Below are positions 1-11,379 of a DNA stretch of 64,000 bases, in pieces. This DNA comes from Plasmodiophora brassicae (taxonomy: Eukaryota). The position numbers were made by a program, and so were the translations under genes. Numbering within the stretch: the first letter of the stretch is position 1; each line of letters begins with the position of its first letter. The stretch spans positions 744,001-808,000 of the forward strand of contig CP145423.1 of NCBI GenBank assembly GCA_036867785.1, read 5' to 3'. Under the pieces are notes generated by a model. It saw only the letters and a program-made list of their open reading frames with translations, was not told where the DNA came from and made no database searches.

Positions 1-19
1 GGGACGTCACAGAGATCTC

Positions 20-3000
20 TTGAACATCCTTTCGGGGAAGGTTTCAAAGAAGGACGCGATGGTGGCCACCGCGCAGGAGATGCTGATGGAAGACGACGTC
101 GATGATCGACAACAAGGACAGAGCGTGCAAGGCTCAACGATCGTCCTGCAGATGAACAAGGCGCCGACCTTGAAAAGCATGGACCGCAAGGCCGTCACGA
201 CGTTCATGGCCGAGCTGAAGACGTATCGGAATCACTTCCGGGACGATCCGAACGCCAAGGGCCAGATCCCGCGGTCAGTGAGGAGTATGATCGACCCCGG
301 TCTGCTCAGGGCGATCTGCAAGTGGGAACTCGGCAAGGACGCCGAGGGGGTGACGGAGAGCGACCTGATGGACTGGATGAAGAGGCATCTGGAGCAGGAT
401 CGCTCGACGGACGCGAACATCGACCGGGAGATGCGGAAGCTGGCGATGAAGCTGACCATCACCACACCGGCGGCAAGGGTCGTGAACCTCGTGCAGCAGT
501 ACGAGGAATTGGTCGCGCGCAACGGGTGGCAGGACCTCTTCACGTCCCGGGAGGGACGGAAGAACCTGGTCAAGTACCTACTGGGTGCTGTGCGCCCATC
601 CGGCTTGCAAGCGCTCATGCGGACCCTCGTCATGAAGCGCCAGACCGATCTCCAGAAGGACCCTTTGGAATTCTATCGGGTGCTGAAGGAACGGGCTGCA
701 TCGTATGAGGAGACGATGTTGTACATGGAGCCGGGACGTGAGGATGGCAAGGGGAAGGGAAAGGCCAAACCCACCCCGAAGAAGCGAGGGGCGCGATGGA
801 GGCCGGGACACGAAACGACACCGGAAGGACCTGCGATGCTTCAACTGTGAGGAGGTTGGACATCCAGCGTTTCGTTGCCCGAAGAAGCCTACCAAGAAGC
901 AGGTCGCAGACCTGCTGAAGGATCGCCGCAAGGTGCCAACGGGAAGGGATGGACCCCGTAAGGCCAAATCTGATAAAGATGACGACCTGTCAGAGTACCC
1001 ATGGCTTCCAGTGGTAGGAAGGGTGTCGGAGGAGGCGCGGAGGACAGGGGACCAAATAGTCGTCCGTGTAAACGGACATGAGGAAGACTACGTTGGGATC
1101 CTGGACAGTGGAGCGACATCGGTGGACGTTCTGATGCCATTGACCATAGCGCGCGAGCTGATGGAACGGGACCCATTGTTAACAATGGAGAACCTCCAGA
1201 AGCCGGAAACGTTCTGTCTGGTAGACAGAGAAACGAAGCACACAGCCTACCATGTGATGATACTGGATCTGGGACTGACGACGACGGCAGGCGAACTGAT
1301 CACTCGCCGGCGCCGATGCCTTGTATGGGATATTCCTGAAAAGGAAATCATCCTAGGGGAGAGGCTGTTGGACGACTTGGGTATCCACCCAAAGAAGGCC
1401 CTGGACGTACTCATTTAGAGCACTCCGAAGAAGGGGAATGACGTCATGGATGAAGTGCACGATATGGCAAACGAGGTGCCACCTCTCTGGGAAGGGGAGG
1501 AAGAGGAAACAGAGGATGTGAGGATCGGAACCGATTCCACAGACTCCCTGGAAAGGGAGATGGACGGGATGGTCGAGCGCGCATTGAGGAATGGCCTACC
1601 GCAAGCGATGGTGAAATCGCTTCGGAAACTCGTCAGAAGATATAGGGACGTTTGGCGTATGAGCATCGGACCTGATGGTCCAGCCAGGGTTACACCATTT
1701 GTCACGGAGCTGAAACCGGATGCGGAACCTTACAGGTGCCGAGCCAGAAAGTACAGTATGGAGGACAGTGCTTTCATGGAGGAATTCGTCGCCCAATTGA
1801 AGAAGTATGGCATCGTTTTTGAAAAGTACAACGCGAAGTGGGCTTCACCGGTGGTGGTGGTGACGAAGCCAGGGGGCGGTAAGCGGTTCTGTGTTGATCT
1901 CAGAGCTGTTAATGCCAAATGTGTCGCCGTGGCGTGGCCAATGCCACATCAGGAGGCGATACTGAGGAACCTGGCAGGCTCGAGGTTCTGGTTTAAGCTA
2001 GACGCGTTCAAAGGCTTCTGGATGATGCCGCTGGATGAAGCGTGTCAGGAGATCTTCTCCTTCATGACAGATAAGGGGGTGTATAAGCCAACGAGGTCGA
2101 TGCAGGGGGGAATGAACTCCGCCCCTCAGTATCAAGGGAGGATGTTTGAGGTGTTCGGGGAACTTATGTTCCACAAACTAGTCATATGGATCAATGATCT
2201 AATGGGGCATGCCCAAAGGGAGGATGATTGGTTCCGAACGTTGGAACGGACTCTGATGCTAGCCGAACGGCACAGCATCAATTTCAACGTGGAGAAGTGT
2301 GAGCTCTTCACAACAGAGGATCGGTTCTGTGGGAGGATATTCACGCCAGAAGGGGTAAGGCACGATCCTGCGAGGATTGAGGCTTTAATGGCGATACCAC
2401 AGCCGAGGACGGCAAGGGACTTGCAACAATTCCTTATGGCAACTCAGTGGATGAGTAGGTCCATCCCTGAGTACAACAGGAAGGTACACCTGTTACAGAG
2501 GATATACGAGGATGCAATGAAGGACCGACCTGGCAGGACGAAAGCCATTGCCAGGAGGGTGCGATTGTGCAAATATGGATGGTCACCCGAACATGCGCTG
2601 GCATTCGAGAAACTGAAGATGGCAGTGGCGGACACGGTCCAACTAGCGTACCCGCGAAAGGACCGGATCCAATGCCTATTCTCAGATGCAAATGAGGTTA
2701 ACAGCGCGGCGGTAGTCACACAGATTCCGCCTGAGGACTTGGGTAAACCAGTGCATGGGCAGCGGCATGAACCGCTGGGTTTCGTCGGACACAAGTTCGC
2801 GGGCCCAGAGCGGAACTGGTCCACGGTGGAGAAGGAAGGTTTCGCGATCAAGGATGGGATTGACAAACTGGACTATCTCGTTACAACCAACGAGCAGTTT
2901 CGTTTGTTCACAGATCATAGGAACCTCGTGAGGATATTCTCACCAACGGACGTGCCAAAGCCAACGGCGCAGAAACTGCAACGATGGGCACTGGACATAC

Positions 3001-4803
3001 AGAGGGTCAACTACGTCATTGAACACATTGCGGGGGGAGGACAATGTGTGGTCGGATCTGATGACGCGGTGGGGTGCACCGGACGGTGGCCCTGACGACC
3101 AGCACATAGAGGTACGCACGATCAGGAGGATATCGCTTCAAATTGAGGACGGATATCGGGTACGGCCGTTACAAAGGAAGGAATTCCAATGGCCGACCGT
3201 GGACGAAATCCGTAAGGCTCAGAGGTAATGGCTCAGAGGAACGAAACGACCGAAGAATGGTGATGATCTCTTCGTCACAGGGAAGGGACAGGTGATCATA
3301 CCTGACGAATGCAATGAGCTGAAGCTGCAGCTATGCGCTATTGCTCATGCGGGCGGAAACAGTGGGCATCTAGGACTGAAGGCCTCGTTGAGGAAGTTGG
3401 GGGAGTTCTGCCATTGGGTACACTGCAATGAGGACATGAGGAAGTTCTGCAACGCGTGTTTGAACTGTCTACCGACAAGGGGCGGGGTTAGGATTCCCAG
3501 GCCATTGGGAACAGCTGTTCATGGTGTCAGGCCGAATCAGGTGATTCACTTGTGTCAGGCGTCGACATAGCAGGTCGGCGCCGGAATAAAGTCCGTGCGA
3601 GCGAGGACCGACGGCAGTCGGTCAACGCGTCGTCGTTGAGTCGTGACAGTTTGATACATGATGGCGGCTCAGAAGGGCGGAAGACGTGATCTACAATGGA
3701 ACCTGATAATCAGGGATGATCTGTCTGGCATGGTCAAGATTACTCCTGACCATACACCCAATGCGGAAACCACTGTAGAGGCACTGCTCGAATGGAGGGC
3801 CATCTTCGGAACGTTTGAGTTGATGGTGTCAGACATGGCGTCTTGCTTTCTGGCAAACGTTGTGAAGGAACTGGCGCGTCGATGTGGATTTGCTCATCAC
3901 CCGACTGTTGCCTATGGGCATTACAGTAATGGATCAATTGAGGTGATCAACAGGAACTACTTGCAACTAATCAGAGCACTTCTGTCTGAATTGCAGTGGG
4001 ACAAATACGATTGGCCATGGTTGAACCACAACATTGAACACACGATCAATCACAGGTCGCAGGCGCGTACCAACGGGAATGCGCCAGTGACAATGATGAT
4101 GGGACGTCAACCAGACAACCCGCTGAAGCAAGTGTTCAAGAGGCCAGGGGATGAGAAGTATGGGGAAGCTACACTCTCAAAGGAGCATATTCAGGAGCTA
4201 GTCATGCAATTGCAGACGTCGCTGAATGAAATGCACAAGGGAGCAGTGCAGCAATCGAAGAAAATCCGAGCCGTACACAGGAAGAGGAGCGACGCGTACC
4301 GACGAGCTACTGCACCGAATTTTCAGATCGGTGACTATGTGCTCATCGGATTGCCTGAACCGGGTAAGGTTCCGGGCAAGAAGCTCTTTATGAAGTGGCG
4401 GGGCCTATATCAAATAACTGATAGCCACGAGAACTACACCTACGAGGTGAGGAATATGTTCAATGAGACGGACACTCGAACCGTTCACGGGGACCGCGTT
4501 CGCCTCTATGAACATGGCAAAGTGAATGCCACTGAGGAACTGAAGCGACAGATGGATTATGACAATGAGCGTTTCGCCATTGAAGTCTTCAAGGACTGCA
4601 GGCACATTCCGGAGACAGGGGAATTGGAATTGTTGATCGGATGGAAGGGTTTCTCTGAGGCGGAGGATTCATGGGAGCCAATCTGCAGGTTGGCGATGGA
4701 TGTACCGAAGCTGGTGAAGGCACATGCCGCCAGGATGAGGAAGGAGAAACATCACCTTGCTGATGAGGTTAAGGAGTTACTTAAGGCGGAAGGAGTCCAG
4801 TAG
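20..4803 (+). pseudogene. gag-pol polyprotein pseudogene
   Basis: Split over six ORFs: frameshift near 790-800, in-frame TAG at 1416-1418, frameshift at the G-run near 3032-3040, TAA at 3226-3228, and an insertion at 3553-3648. The RT catalytic motif reads WIND instead of (Y/W)xDD. Confidence 0.9.
3553..3648. mobile_element. 96-bp solo-LTR-like insertion interrupting integrase
   Basis: Begins TGTCA, ends TGACA and contains AATAAA. It breaks the integrase reading frame right after NQVIH. The flanks ACTTG/GTTTG match only partly. Confidence 0.5.
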
Positions 4804-4908
4804 GCTAGTCATGCTTTTTTCCCGGATGCGCGCTGGGTTATTTTAATGCCGATGGCCATGTGACGACAGAAGCCAAAACTGTGTTCTACGAAGATTGAGA
4901 CTTAATAG

Positions 4909-5982
4909 AGTTATCCGTAAACTTGCTGTCAGTTTCTCACAGCTGTGGCTTTCAGTTACAGCTGGCACTCAGTTTTTTCGTTTATCCGCAAACCTGATCA
5001 ACTTAGTGTGACTGACTATCAGTCTGAGACTCCAGCGTGGGTACACCAAGAACCTCTACGTATGGGATGGAGATTATTGACAAGTGCGAAGGGCCTTTAT
5101 CGAATACACTTGATCATTACAGCCCCATAAGGATACGGGTCTGCTGCCTGAACTCCTCGTCCGAAATGACGCCCGCAACACGGAGCTCCTTCAGGTTTGC
5201 GAGTTGCGTTTGCTTGATCTGGGCCTCGGTTAGGCGACCTCGATCGTGCATCGATTTCGCGATCTGCGTCAACGCCAATGGCCTGGGATAACTGAGCCTG
5301 CGCCTTGTTCTTGAGAGCTGCCGTGTCGGGGGGAGATGGCGACTCAACCCGGGGCTTCGTCTTTTCCGGCATCTGCCTCTGCACGATCGAGTCACGCAAT
5401 TGGATGACGTTCCTCTTGCAGTGTCTCGATTACCGACTTGGCGTAAAGCTCCCGTTTCGGTACGTTCTCCGTGTTTGAAGTACCGGGCTTTCGCTCGAGG
5501 AGCGTGTCGCGAAGGCGAACCTTTAAAAATCGCCTCGCAGAACGTCGAGCGGCAAACTTTTGTCGGTAGTCAGCGTATACCTTGAAACGCAAATCAGTTA
5601 CAAGAGCACGAGAGGTCCTCATGAACCTGACCTGTTTCCAGACCGCTCCTGGAACTACTTGCGTCACGCCTTCTTGCGGCCGTCGCAACTCCCGAAGCTT
5701 CTTTGCTTTCGGCTTGGATTCGGACTGCTCGGGCTGGTCATGACCTTCTGGTCCCGCAGCCACTTGACCACAGGTCTTGCTCTCGCTGGAAGACGACGAC
5801 GGCGTGTCCAAGGCGTCCACCGCAACTCACAGTGAAGTTGAAAACTTTTTGGGGACCGTCCCAGAGGCCTTTCAAAGTTTGACTGTGAGTCTATATCTGG
5901 AACCTCCTGACGAGGCCGCGCACGCATTCTGATGGTGAACAGACTGTGACTCGCTGTCAGTATAGGGGGTTTACGGATAACT
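4909..5982. mobile_element. ~1.07-kb TIR-bounded non-autonomous element in the Gypsy 3' UTR
   Basis: Perfect 14-bp inverted repeats AGTTATCCGTAAAC (4909-4922) and GTTTACGGATAACT (5969-5982). It separates the pol stop from the PPT. TSD is ambiguous. Confidence 0.7.
5117..5820 (-). pseudogene. Fragmented ORF ending in a SHOCT-like domain
   Basis: ORFs 5392-5820, 5097-5399 and 5117-5395. The C-terminus LANLKELRVAGVISDEEFRQQTRILMG fits the SHOCT pattern L..L..L...G.I...EF. Confidence 0.5.
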
Positions 5983-6381
5983 AGTAATTATGTTAATTCG
6001 ACTATATTAAGGAGGAGACATGATTAGGATACACCACCACTGAAGACACCTGCAAGGAGGAGCATTTCTTTGAAGGAGGGGAATGTGCCGGCTCCAAGCT
6101 ATAAGACAAGAATAGCTGTGATCCGGCTAGGCCGCCCTAAGAATGACGGACATGCACGGAGTCCGCACGGCGTCCGTGGGAGCTGCAGGTCGAGGACACA
6201 GACGATTATATTGGTCGTTTTCATCCAAAATGAAATTTTCTGCGTCAGTTGACAGCCGTGGATCCAAGTATCGCGACGGCATTTTTTGGTGATGACTGGT
6301 CAGGATCGCTCCGGATCATCACCAAACTCCGTACGTCAGCCTGCGATCAGCGCGCTCAGGTTGCCAGCTGTTCGACCAGCG

Positions 6382-7455
6382 ATGGCGTCGTCTGGACCTG
6401 GGGATAGTGGATCAACCGCCAATGAGATCCTCGAAGGAGACGATCGTGTTCATGTCACACTTGACGTGATTGTGAAACCGTATGTAAGCATACAGCCGCG
6501 GAACACGTTGTATCACGTTCTAGGCCAATTCGACGTCGAAGTGGCCACCGTTGGCGACTTTACAGACGCCGTACTTGGTCTCGTTCAAGAAAACGTAGAC
6601 GGCCTGGCTCGCAAGTCATCTGACGACGACTCGACGTATATACTTGCTAAGGAGACCGTAACGTTAACGTCACTGGACCAGTTTGTTGCCATCAAACACA
6701 ACAATCACTTCTACGCCTTCCACCGTCCACATGGCGAGGATCACCGAGATCCAATGCGTACCCCAACTGTTGTGCTAACGTTCAAATTGAAGTTAGTCAC
6801 TGAATGTTGTTCTTGGCATACAGGCATAACCAAGGACACGCTTAACCGCTGGAGTAAGGACGTCCCGAGTCTATTCATTTATCAGTACGGGAAAGAGCTG
6901 CGAAACGCATCGGACTTCAAGAAGTTTCAAGCGTCTGTGTTCTCGGCTCCGCAGTTGGACCGTGCTCGCGCCGCTGCCGATGAACAAGTGAGAGCGATCG
7001 AACGCCAACTGAAGGATCACTGGGGAACGGTATATCAATCCCAGTCAGCCAACTGGCGGATTTGGGCCAGTCGCATCGCGCGCGAGCCGGTCACACGTCG
7101 AGCTGCTTTGATCGAGGATCCGCCTCCATACGAAATCGTCCACCTCTTCGAGCACTCGCCACTACAAAATGGACCGTTGCTCACGACCCTCCGGGAAGAC
7201 AATTCCACAACGCTAGCGATTCTGGACACGATGGACGATCACTTGCAAGAGTTTCAGGACTTTATCCATCGCCAGATCGAGGCGTTTCGCGACAGCGTTG
7301 GGTGCCAGATGCGGCAGATGCGCGACACCGTGCGCCGACATCGACGAGTTGCTGAGGCGCTTAGGGCTAGTCTTCATCCCGAGGAACTTCCTGATAATCT
7401 GAACAGGCTGCAGAGGGCTCCCAATCAGAGTGATGTAGACCATGAGGATCAATAA
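6382..7455 (+). CDS. Transposon-associated protein of unknown function with a C-terminal coiled coil
   Basis: Long open frame (ORF 6286-7455; ATG MASSG at 6382) with motifs DRARAAA, W..WASRI and PPP.I..LF. Its stop lies 2 nt from the transposase stop. It may contain a retained in-frame intron near 6730-6823. Confidence 0.7.
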   Translation: MASSGPGDSGSTANEILEGDDRVHVTLDVIVKPYVSIQPRNTLYHVLGQFDVEVATVGDFTDAVLGLVQENVDGLARKSSDDDSTYILAKETVTLTSLDQFVAIKHNNHFYAFHRPHGEDHRDPMRTPTVVLTFKLKLVTECCSWHTGITKDTLNRWSKDVPSLFIYQYGKELRNASDFKKFQASVFSAPQLDRARAAADEQVRAIERQLKDHWGTVYQSQSANWRIWASRIAREPVTRRAALIEDPPPYEIVHLFEHSPLQNGPLLTTLREDNSTTLAILDTMDDHLQEFQDFIHRQIEAFRDSVGCQMRQMRDTVRRHRRVAEALRASLHPEELPDNLNRLQRAPNQSDVDHEDQ

Positions 7456-7457
7456 AT

Positions 7458-8640
7458 TTATTCGAATCCGGCCTCCGTCATGCGATTGGTGATGTCCTTG
7501 TAGGCGACGCCTGGATTGAACTTTCCGTTTGCGCCAAACCCACATTTCTTGAACAGACCTCTCATATCATATCTCCGAAACTTCTTGAGTTCCGTTAAGA
7601 TTACAACAGGGAGGTCCTTCGGTTTGACATTGCCTTCAGCATACCAACGCCTAAGGCTTTTCTTGACAAGACCGAACACAATCTCAATCGGGTTGAACAT
7701 CGGACAGTAGGCTGGCAGGAAGATGGGAATGATGCCGAGGTCCCGTAGGTACTCGACTATCGTATGATGGCAATGTATCCTGGCTCCATCCATGATCCAA
7801 ACCGATTGCCGCCCAGGATGCTTCTGAACTCGGCCGGACAGAGCATGCTCACGGACGCATTCGACAAATTTCTGACGATCGAACGTGCCCTCTGTGAGAA
7901 ATGTGCCTTCCAACCCATCACATCCGATGAAGCACAACAACGAGCTACGCGGCCTTCTGACGAATTCGCCTCTGAAGAGCAGTTCCTGGCCCTGCATAAC
8001 GCATGTTAGGGTCCTGTATACGGATAACGTTGGGGAACTCGTCGACAGACCTTAAGCGCATAACCCTTGCGACGTAGCATGTCCCGGTTGTCGAGGCCGA
8101 ACTCGTCAAGAAAGCACAGGCTGGAGTGGGTCCAGTCGATAGCGTTGAGTTCCTCGAAGAATCGGACGATGTCTGCTTCCTTGATCTGGATGGCTCGACG
8201 GACAATGAGCTATTCAACAGTAAGCCGAAACTGATAACCCATTCCTGTTCGAGTCGTACCTTTCGAGTAAAGCCGTATTCGCGAAGTATGCGCCAGATCG
8301 TGCTCAAACTGATGTCGTTCTTCCAGTTGATTTCGAATGCCAGCTTGGCTTCGTCAAGAAAGGACAAAGGGTTGGCGAGGAAGTAGTCCCTTATCCATTC
8401 GCGGTGTTCAGGCGTGTACTTCCGCTGCGACTCTGTTGCCTTACGGGATACGGCACCGGTGCGCTCGTACCGCTCGATCCATCTGCCGATCGTCGATGGC
8501 GCCTTGCGATACAAAAGGGCTATCTGATTCTGCTTGAGGCCGATGAAATAGTAGGCGTACAGCGCATGCAGTTTGGTGTTCTCTGTAGCATGTTGGCTTT
8601 CAATTGCTTCGGACACGTGTACACCATGAGCGGCCGCCAT
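7458..8640 (-). CDS. DD34E Tc1/IS630-family transposase, 3 exons
   Basis: N-terminal HTH (QIALLYRKAPSTIGRWI; ISLSTIWRILREYG), middle exon CFLDEFGLD, and last exon WIMDGARIH and FLPAYCPMFNPIE with 34 residues between D and E. GT-AG introns at about 8210-8260 and 7992-8050 restore one frame. Confidence 0.9.
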
Positions 8641-9099
8641 CTCCAACGCTGGCACCTACGCGCTTTGCAATAATTTTGTAACTGAAAAAGAGGGAGCACG
8701 ACGCCACAGATCACATCTACAACCTTGAACGGGCGTTACATCGTCTGCTCGCGCTCGTGCAATCCAAATCAGGTATAACAACTAGTCTCAGGTCAACCAC
8801 TACCGAACAGGACACGATTGCGAAGACGGTTGTTTCTCGAGCTCCGTTTAATTGATCAGAATCGCCGCTACGTATCTTCTCTACCTGCTTGACTGAAAGA
8901 TTGCCACATCCCGTCCCTATATCTTCTGGAAGCTACAGGTTTCAAGTCAAACCAGCCGAGCAAGCGCGCTCGCGATAGTTGGGCACCAACAATCGCGAAA
9001 AAAATGCGTGGCGACGGTTGATAGTTGGGGCGATTGCATTTCGGACGGCAATCGCAATACTACACGGCTGATATACCATCACCGTTGGGACGTCACAGG

Positions 9100-9274
9100 G
9101 TGTACTCGCCGGCATTGCGCGAGTTGATCAACGACTTCCACTGCAGGTACCCAGACAAGCCAGGGCCTGGCCGTAAAGGGGGGGGGGGCAATGTAACGCC
9201 CAGTTCCGAGCGGCCTTAACCTCCCAGCTCCGAGCGGCCTTAAACCCATCCCGTCCGCCGCCGGGGACGTTACA
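9100..9274 (+). mobile_element. 3' end of a second Gypsy element: chromodomain tail, PPT and 83-bp LTR
   Basis: Translation ..RELINDFHCRYPDKPGP resembles chromoviral pol C-termini. A purine run AAAG(11) at 9175-9188 precedes TGTAACGCCC...GGACGTTACA (9192-9274), which holds an internal ~21-bp direct repeat CCAG(T/C)TCCGAGCGGCCTTAA. Confidence 0.75.
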
Positions 9275-9399
9275 TCGGAGTCAGATCGAATTACAGGTTG
9301 TTATAGCTCGTATCACCGTTGTGCCTTCGCCTCGTCCCTCGACCTTCGACTTAGTCAGCGCAACAAACGGGTTGATCGGTCAAGCCCGAATTTCTCCTC

Positions 9400-10660
9400 A
9401 GTTACGTGGGTCGCAACAAATTTGACGATGTGAAACTGGCAGAATGACCAGAAGATATCGGGCAATGTCGCTGTAAGGACCTCTTCGACGATACGGACCG
9501 CGTTCCAGCGATACATGATGCAAGCGTATCCTGAGGTCCTACTTGTTGACTCAACTCACAAGACCAACAGAAACGGGTATCAAGAATGTGTCCAGGACGG
9601 ATTGTGCTCCTTAAAACGCTAAAAGCCGTCAACGTACCGCAGTGGTGCAAATGTCAGGTTCTTTACCTTCAGAACGGCGGTCAGAATCTCTTTCGTTGAT
9701 GACGAATTCAAGGCTACAAAGAAGGGAAATCCGGACCCCAAACTTGTATGACCCAAGATGCCAAGCATTTGATACCCGTTTCTGTTGGTCTTGTGAGTTG
9801 AGACAACAAGTGGGACCTCAGAATACGCTTGCATCATGTCTCGCTGGAACGCGCTCGTCGTGTCTATTCCGTGATTATGTCTGCAACGTTTTCCGCTTAC
9901 GACGTGAACTGTTCCAACAAGGTTCTGATGTCATCGTCGCAGCCCGGGGGTCCAGATTCAGACGGGCGTTCAGATTGTGGATGTCTTTCATAATTATCCG
10001 TTTGCCTAGCGTGAACGATTCAACGTGCGAAAAACATTTGACGATATTAGCAGCATGCCTATGCGGGACGCCAACTCGTCTCGAGTCAACTTATTGTTTC
10101 CCTTGGTCTCGAGCATTATCGCGGCATCCTTGAACCTTCCGGTTTTCGGACAGCATGTCGTATGCGTCCTTATAGCATTCGTGCGAATGCCAGTGTACTG
10201 AAACTTCGTTAACCATTGTCAGGATTGATTTCACGATAAGCCTGACCTGCTCGACACATCGCAGGACGAAATCCTCCCTCCCCATGTCCCGTTTGGCAGC
10301 AAACTTTATGAATGCATTGCACCCGAGATACCTATAATACAATGTTAACCGTGAGGTTTGTCGTGAGCAGTTGGTGACACACCTGTAATTATGGCATGGA
10401 CGAATGCCGCTGCCCCGGGACCTTGCGACACCACCATGGGTACGCTCCAGAAGTACCATCTGATATTTAAGCGATGTGTTAGTACATCGCGACCCGACGG
10501 GCTGCTGTCCCGTATGCGAAACGGTTGGAACCTCGCATCGCAAATGATCTAATTGCAGCTTGGCATTCATGCCACGATTCAAATGTCGCTTCCCACGAAA
10601 ACGTGGAATACTGGAAGAGCCCTGGAAACCCATTCCCATATTCGGGAAGGACTGCATAAT
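9400..10660 (-). pseudogene. Mutator-like (MULE/ZSWIM3-type) transposase remnant
   Basis: Fragments TFESWHECQAAI, HGGVARSRGSGIRP..CNAFIK..HWHSHE (N-terminal DNA-binding-like) and (D/V)STHKTNRNGYQM..GSGFPFF (MULE catalytic start). The frames are broken. Confidence 0.72.
9499..9853. repeat. 85-bp imperfect inverted duplication (9499-9583 / 9769-9853)
   Basis: CGCGTTCCAGCGA..ACCAACAGAAACGGGTATCAA is matched by its reverse complement with a few substitutions. Confidence 0.9.
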
Positions 10661-11379
10661 AAGGCAACAGAAACGCGAACCAGACGACCGGCGAACGAGG
10701 GACGACAATCGAGAGACACGCGGGCCGACAGCGACGACTGGCGGCACGCGAAGACAATCGACAGGGGCAGGACTCGGACGACTGCGAATGAGTGACGACC
10801 GACGACAACCCACGACGATGACGACGGCACCCGACGAGAGGACCACGACCACGCCGAAACCCCAACGCCGACCGCGACAGCAAGCAAATGCGGACCGCGG
10901 CGGCGCGGCCTCCGCATTGTCCAGCGCCGCGAGCGACAGGCATGTTAGCGGCCTGTGGCCACCCCTCTAAAAACAAGACCCGCTTTGGTGGCCTGTTTGA
11001 AGAGCATGTAGGGTTCGTCGGTCCCCTACGGCCGGCGGTTCTACTTTAAAGAGGCCTAGTCACCGCCGAAGAGGTTCGGCGCCATACCTGTCGGTGTAGA
11101 GCGCAAGGCACGTACGTGTGATCGGCCACCGACCCGACCAACGCAAGTGCACTGTGCATCCCTTGCGGGAAGACATTACGTAGGCGCGTAGGGCTGGGCG
11201 GGGCCTGCTACTGACGAGTACCGTTGTCGCGGTCGCGCGTGCGTGCATGCGCGCGGCCGGCGCAATCCGATGATAGGCTGGCGCCGCCGCGTGCTGGGCC
11301 GCCGCCGTCATTGGCCAGCGCCGCGCGTCCCGGATAGTCCGGATCCGGGGCGGCGCTCCTGCGGCACGCTCCGATCGAC

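Larger units (their letters stand above)
1..6250 (+). mobile_element. Degenerate Ty3/Gypsy chromodomain LTR retrotransposon (5' end lies outside the window)
   Basis: Domain order is gag (20-850), CCHC knuckle CFNCEEVGHPAFRC, protease ILDSGA, RT (WASPVVVV, RFCVDLR, LDAFKGF, WINDL), RNase H (FSDA, WSTVEKE, FTDHRNL), integrase (H..H/C..C, NGSIE) and chromodomain (LLIGWKGFSEAEDSWEP, ends 4803). Polypurine tract GAAGGAGGGGAA at 6072-6083 is followed by TG at 6084, the likely 3' LTR start. The LTR right end is not resolved. Confidence 0.93.
6253..9070. mobile_element. Tc1/IS630-type DNA transposon with two convergent genes (boundaries tentative)
   Basis: Contains a DD34E transposase and a convergent ORF. 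Candidate imperfect TIRs are CAGCCGTG..AGTATCGCGA at 6253 and TCGCAATACT.CACGGCTG ending 9070. No TA TSD is seen. Confidence 0.5.

Noticed and set aside
780-850. Programmed gag-pol frameshift, or readthrough at TAG 1416
   Set aside because: The shift falls before the zinc knuckle with no clear slippery heptamer, and the element has several other lesions, so decay is the simpler explanation.
6286-7455. Fanzor/TnpB nuclease as the transposase partner
   Set aside because: No RuvC motifs or C-terminal zinc finger are visible.
8731-8740. GGGCGTTACA as the end of a 5' LTR pairing with the 9192-9274 LTR (TRIM)
   Set aside because: The sequence upstream of 8731 does not match the LTR body, so only 10 bp support it.
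9087-9098. GGGACGTCACAG identical to window positions 1-12
   Set aside because: The match is only 12 bp, does not extend, and positions 1-12 lie in gag coding sequence.
9200-9244. CRISPR-like repeat pair
   Set aside because: Only two units with a ~3-bp gap, inside an LTR, in a eukaryotic context with no cas genes.
10680-10870. GAC/ACG-rich stretch as a satellite or coding repeat
   Set aside because: It is irregular low-complexity sequence, and GACGAC runs are common throughout this window.
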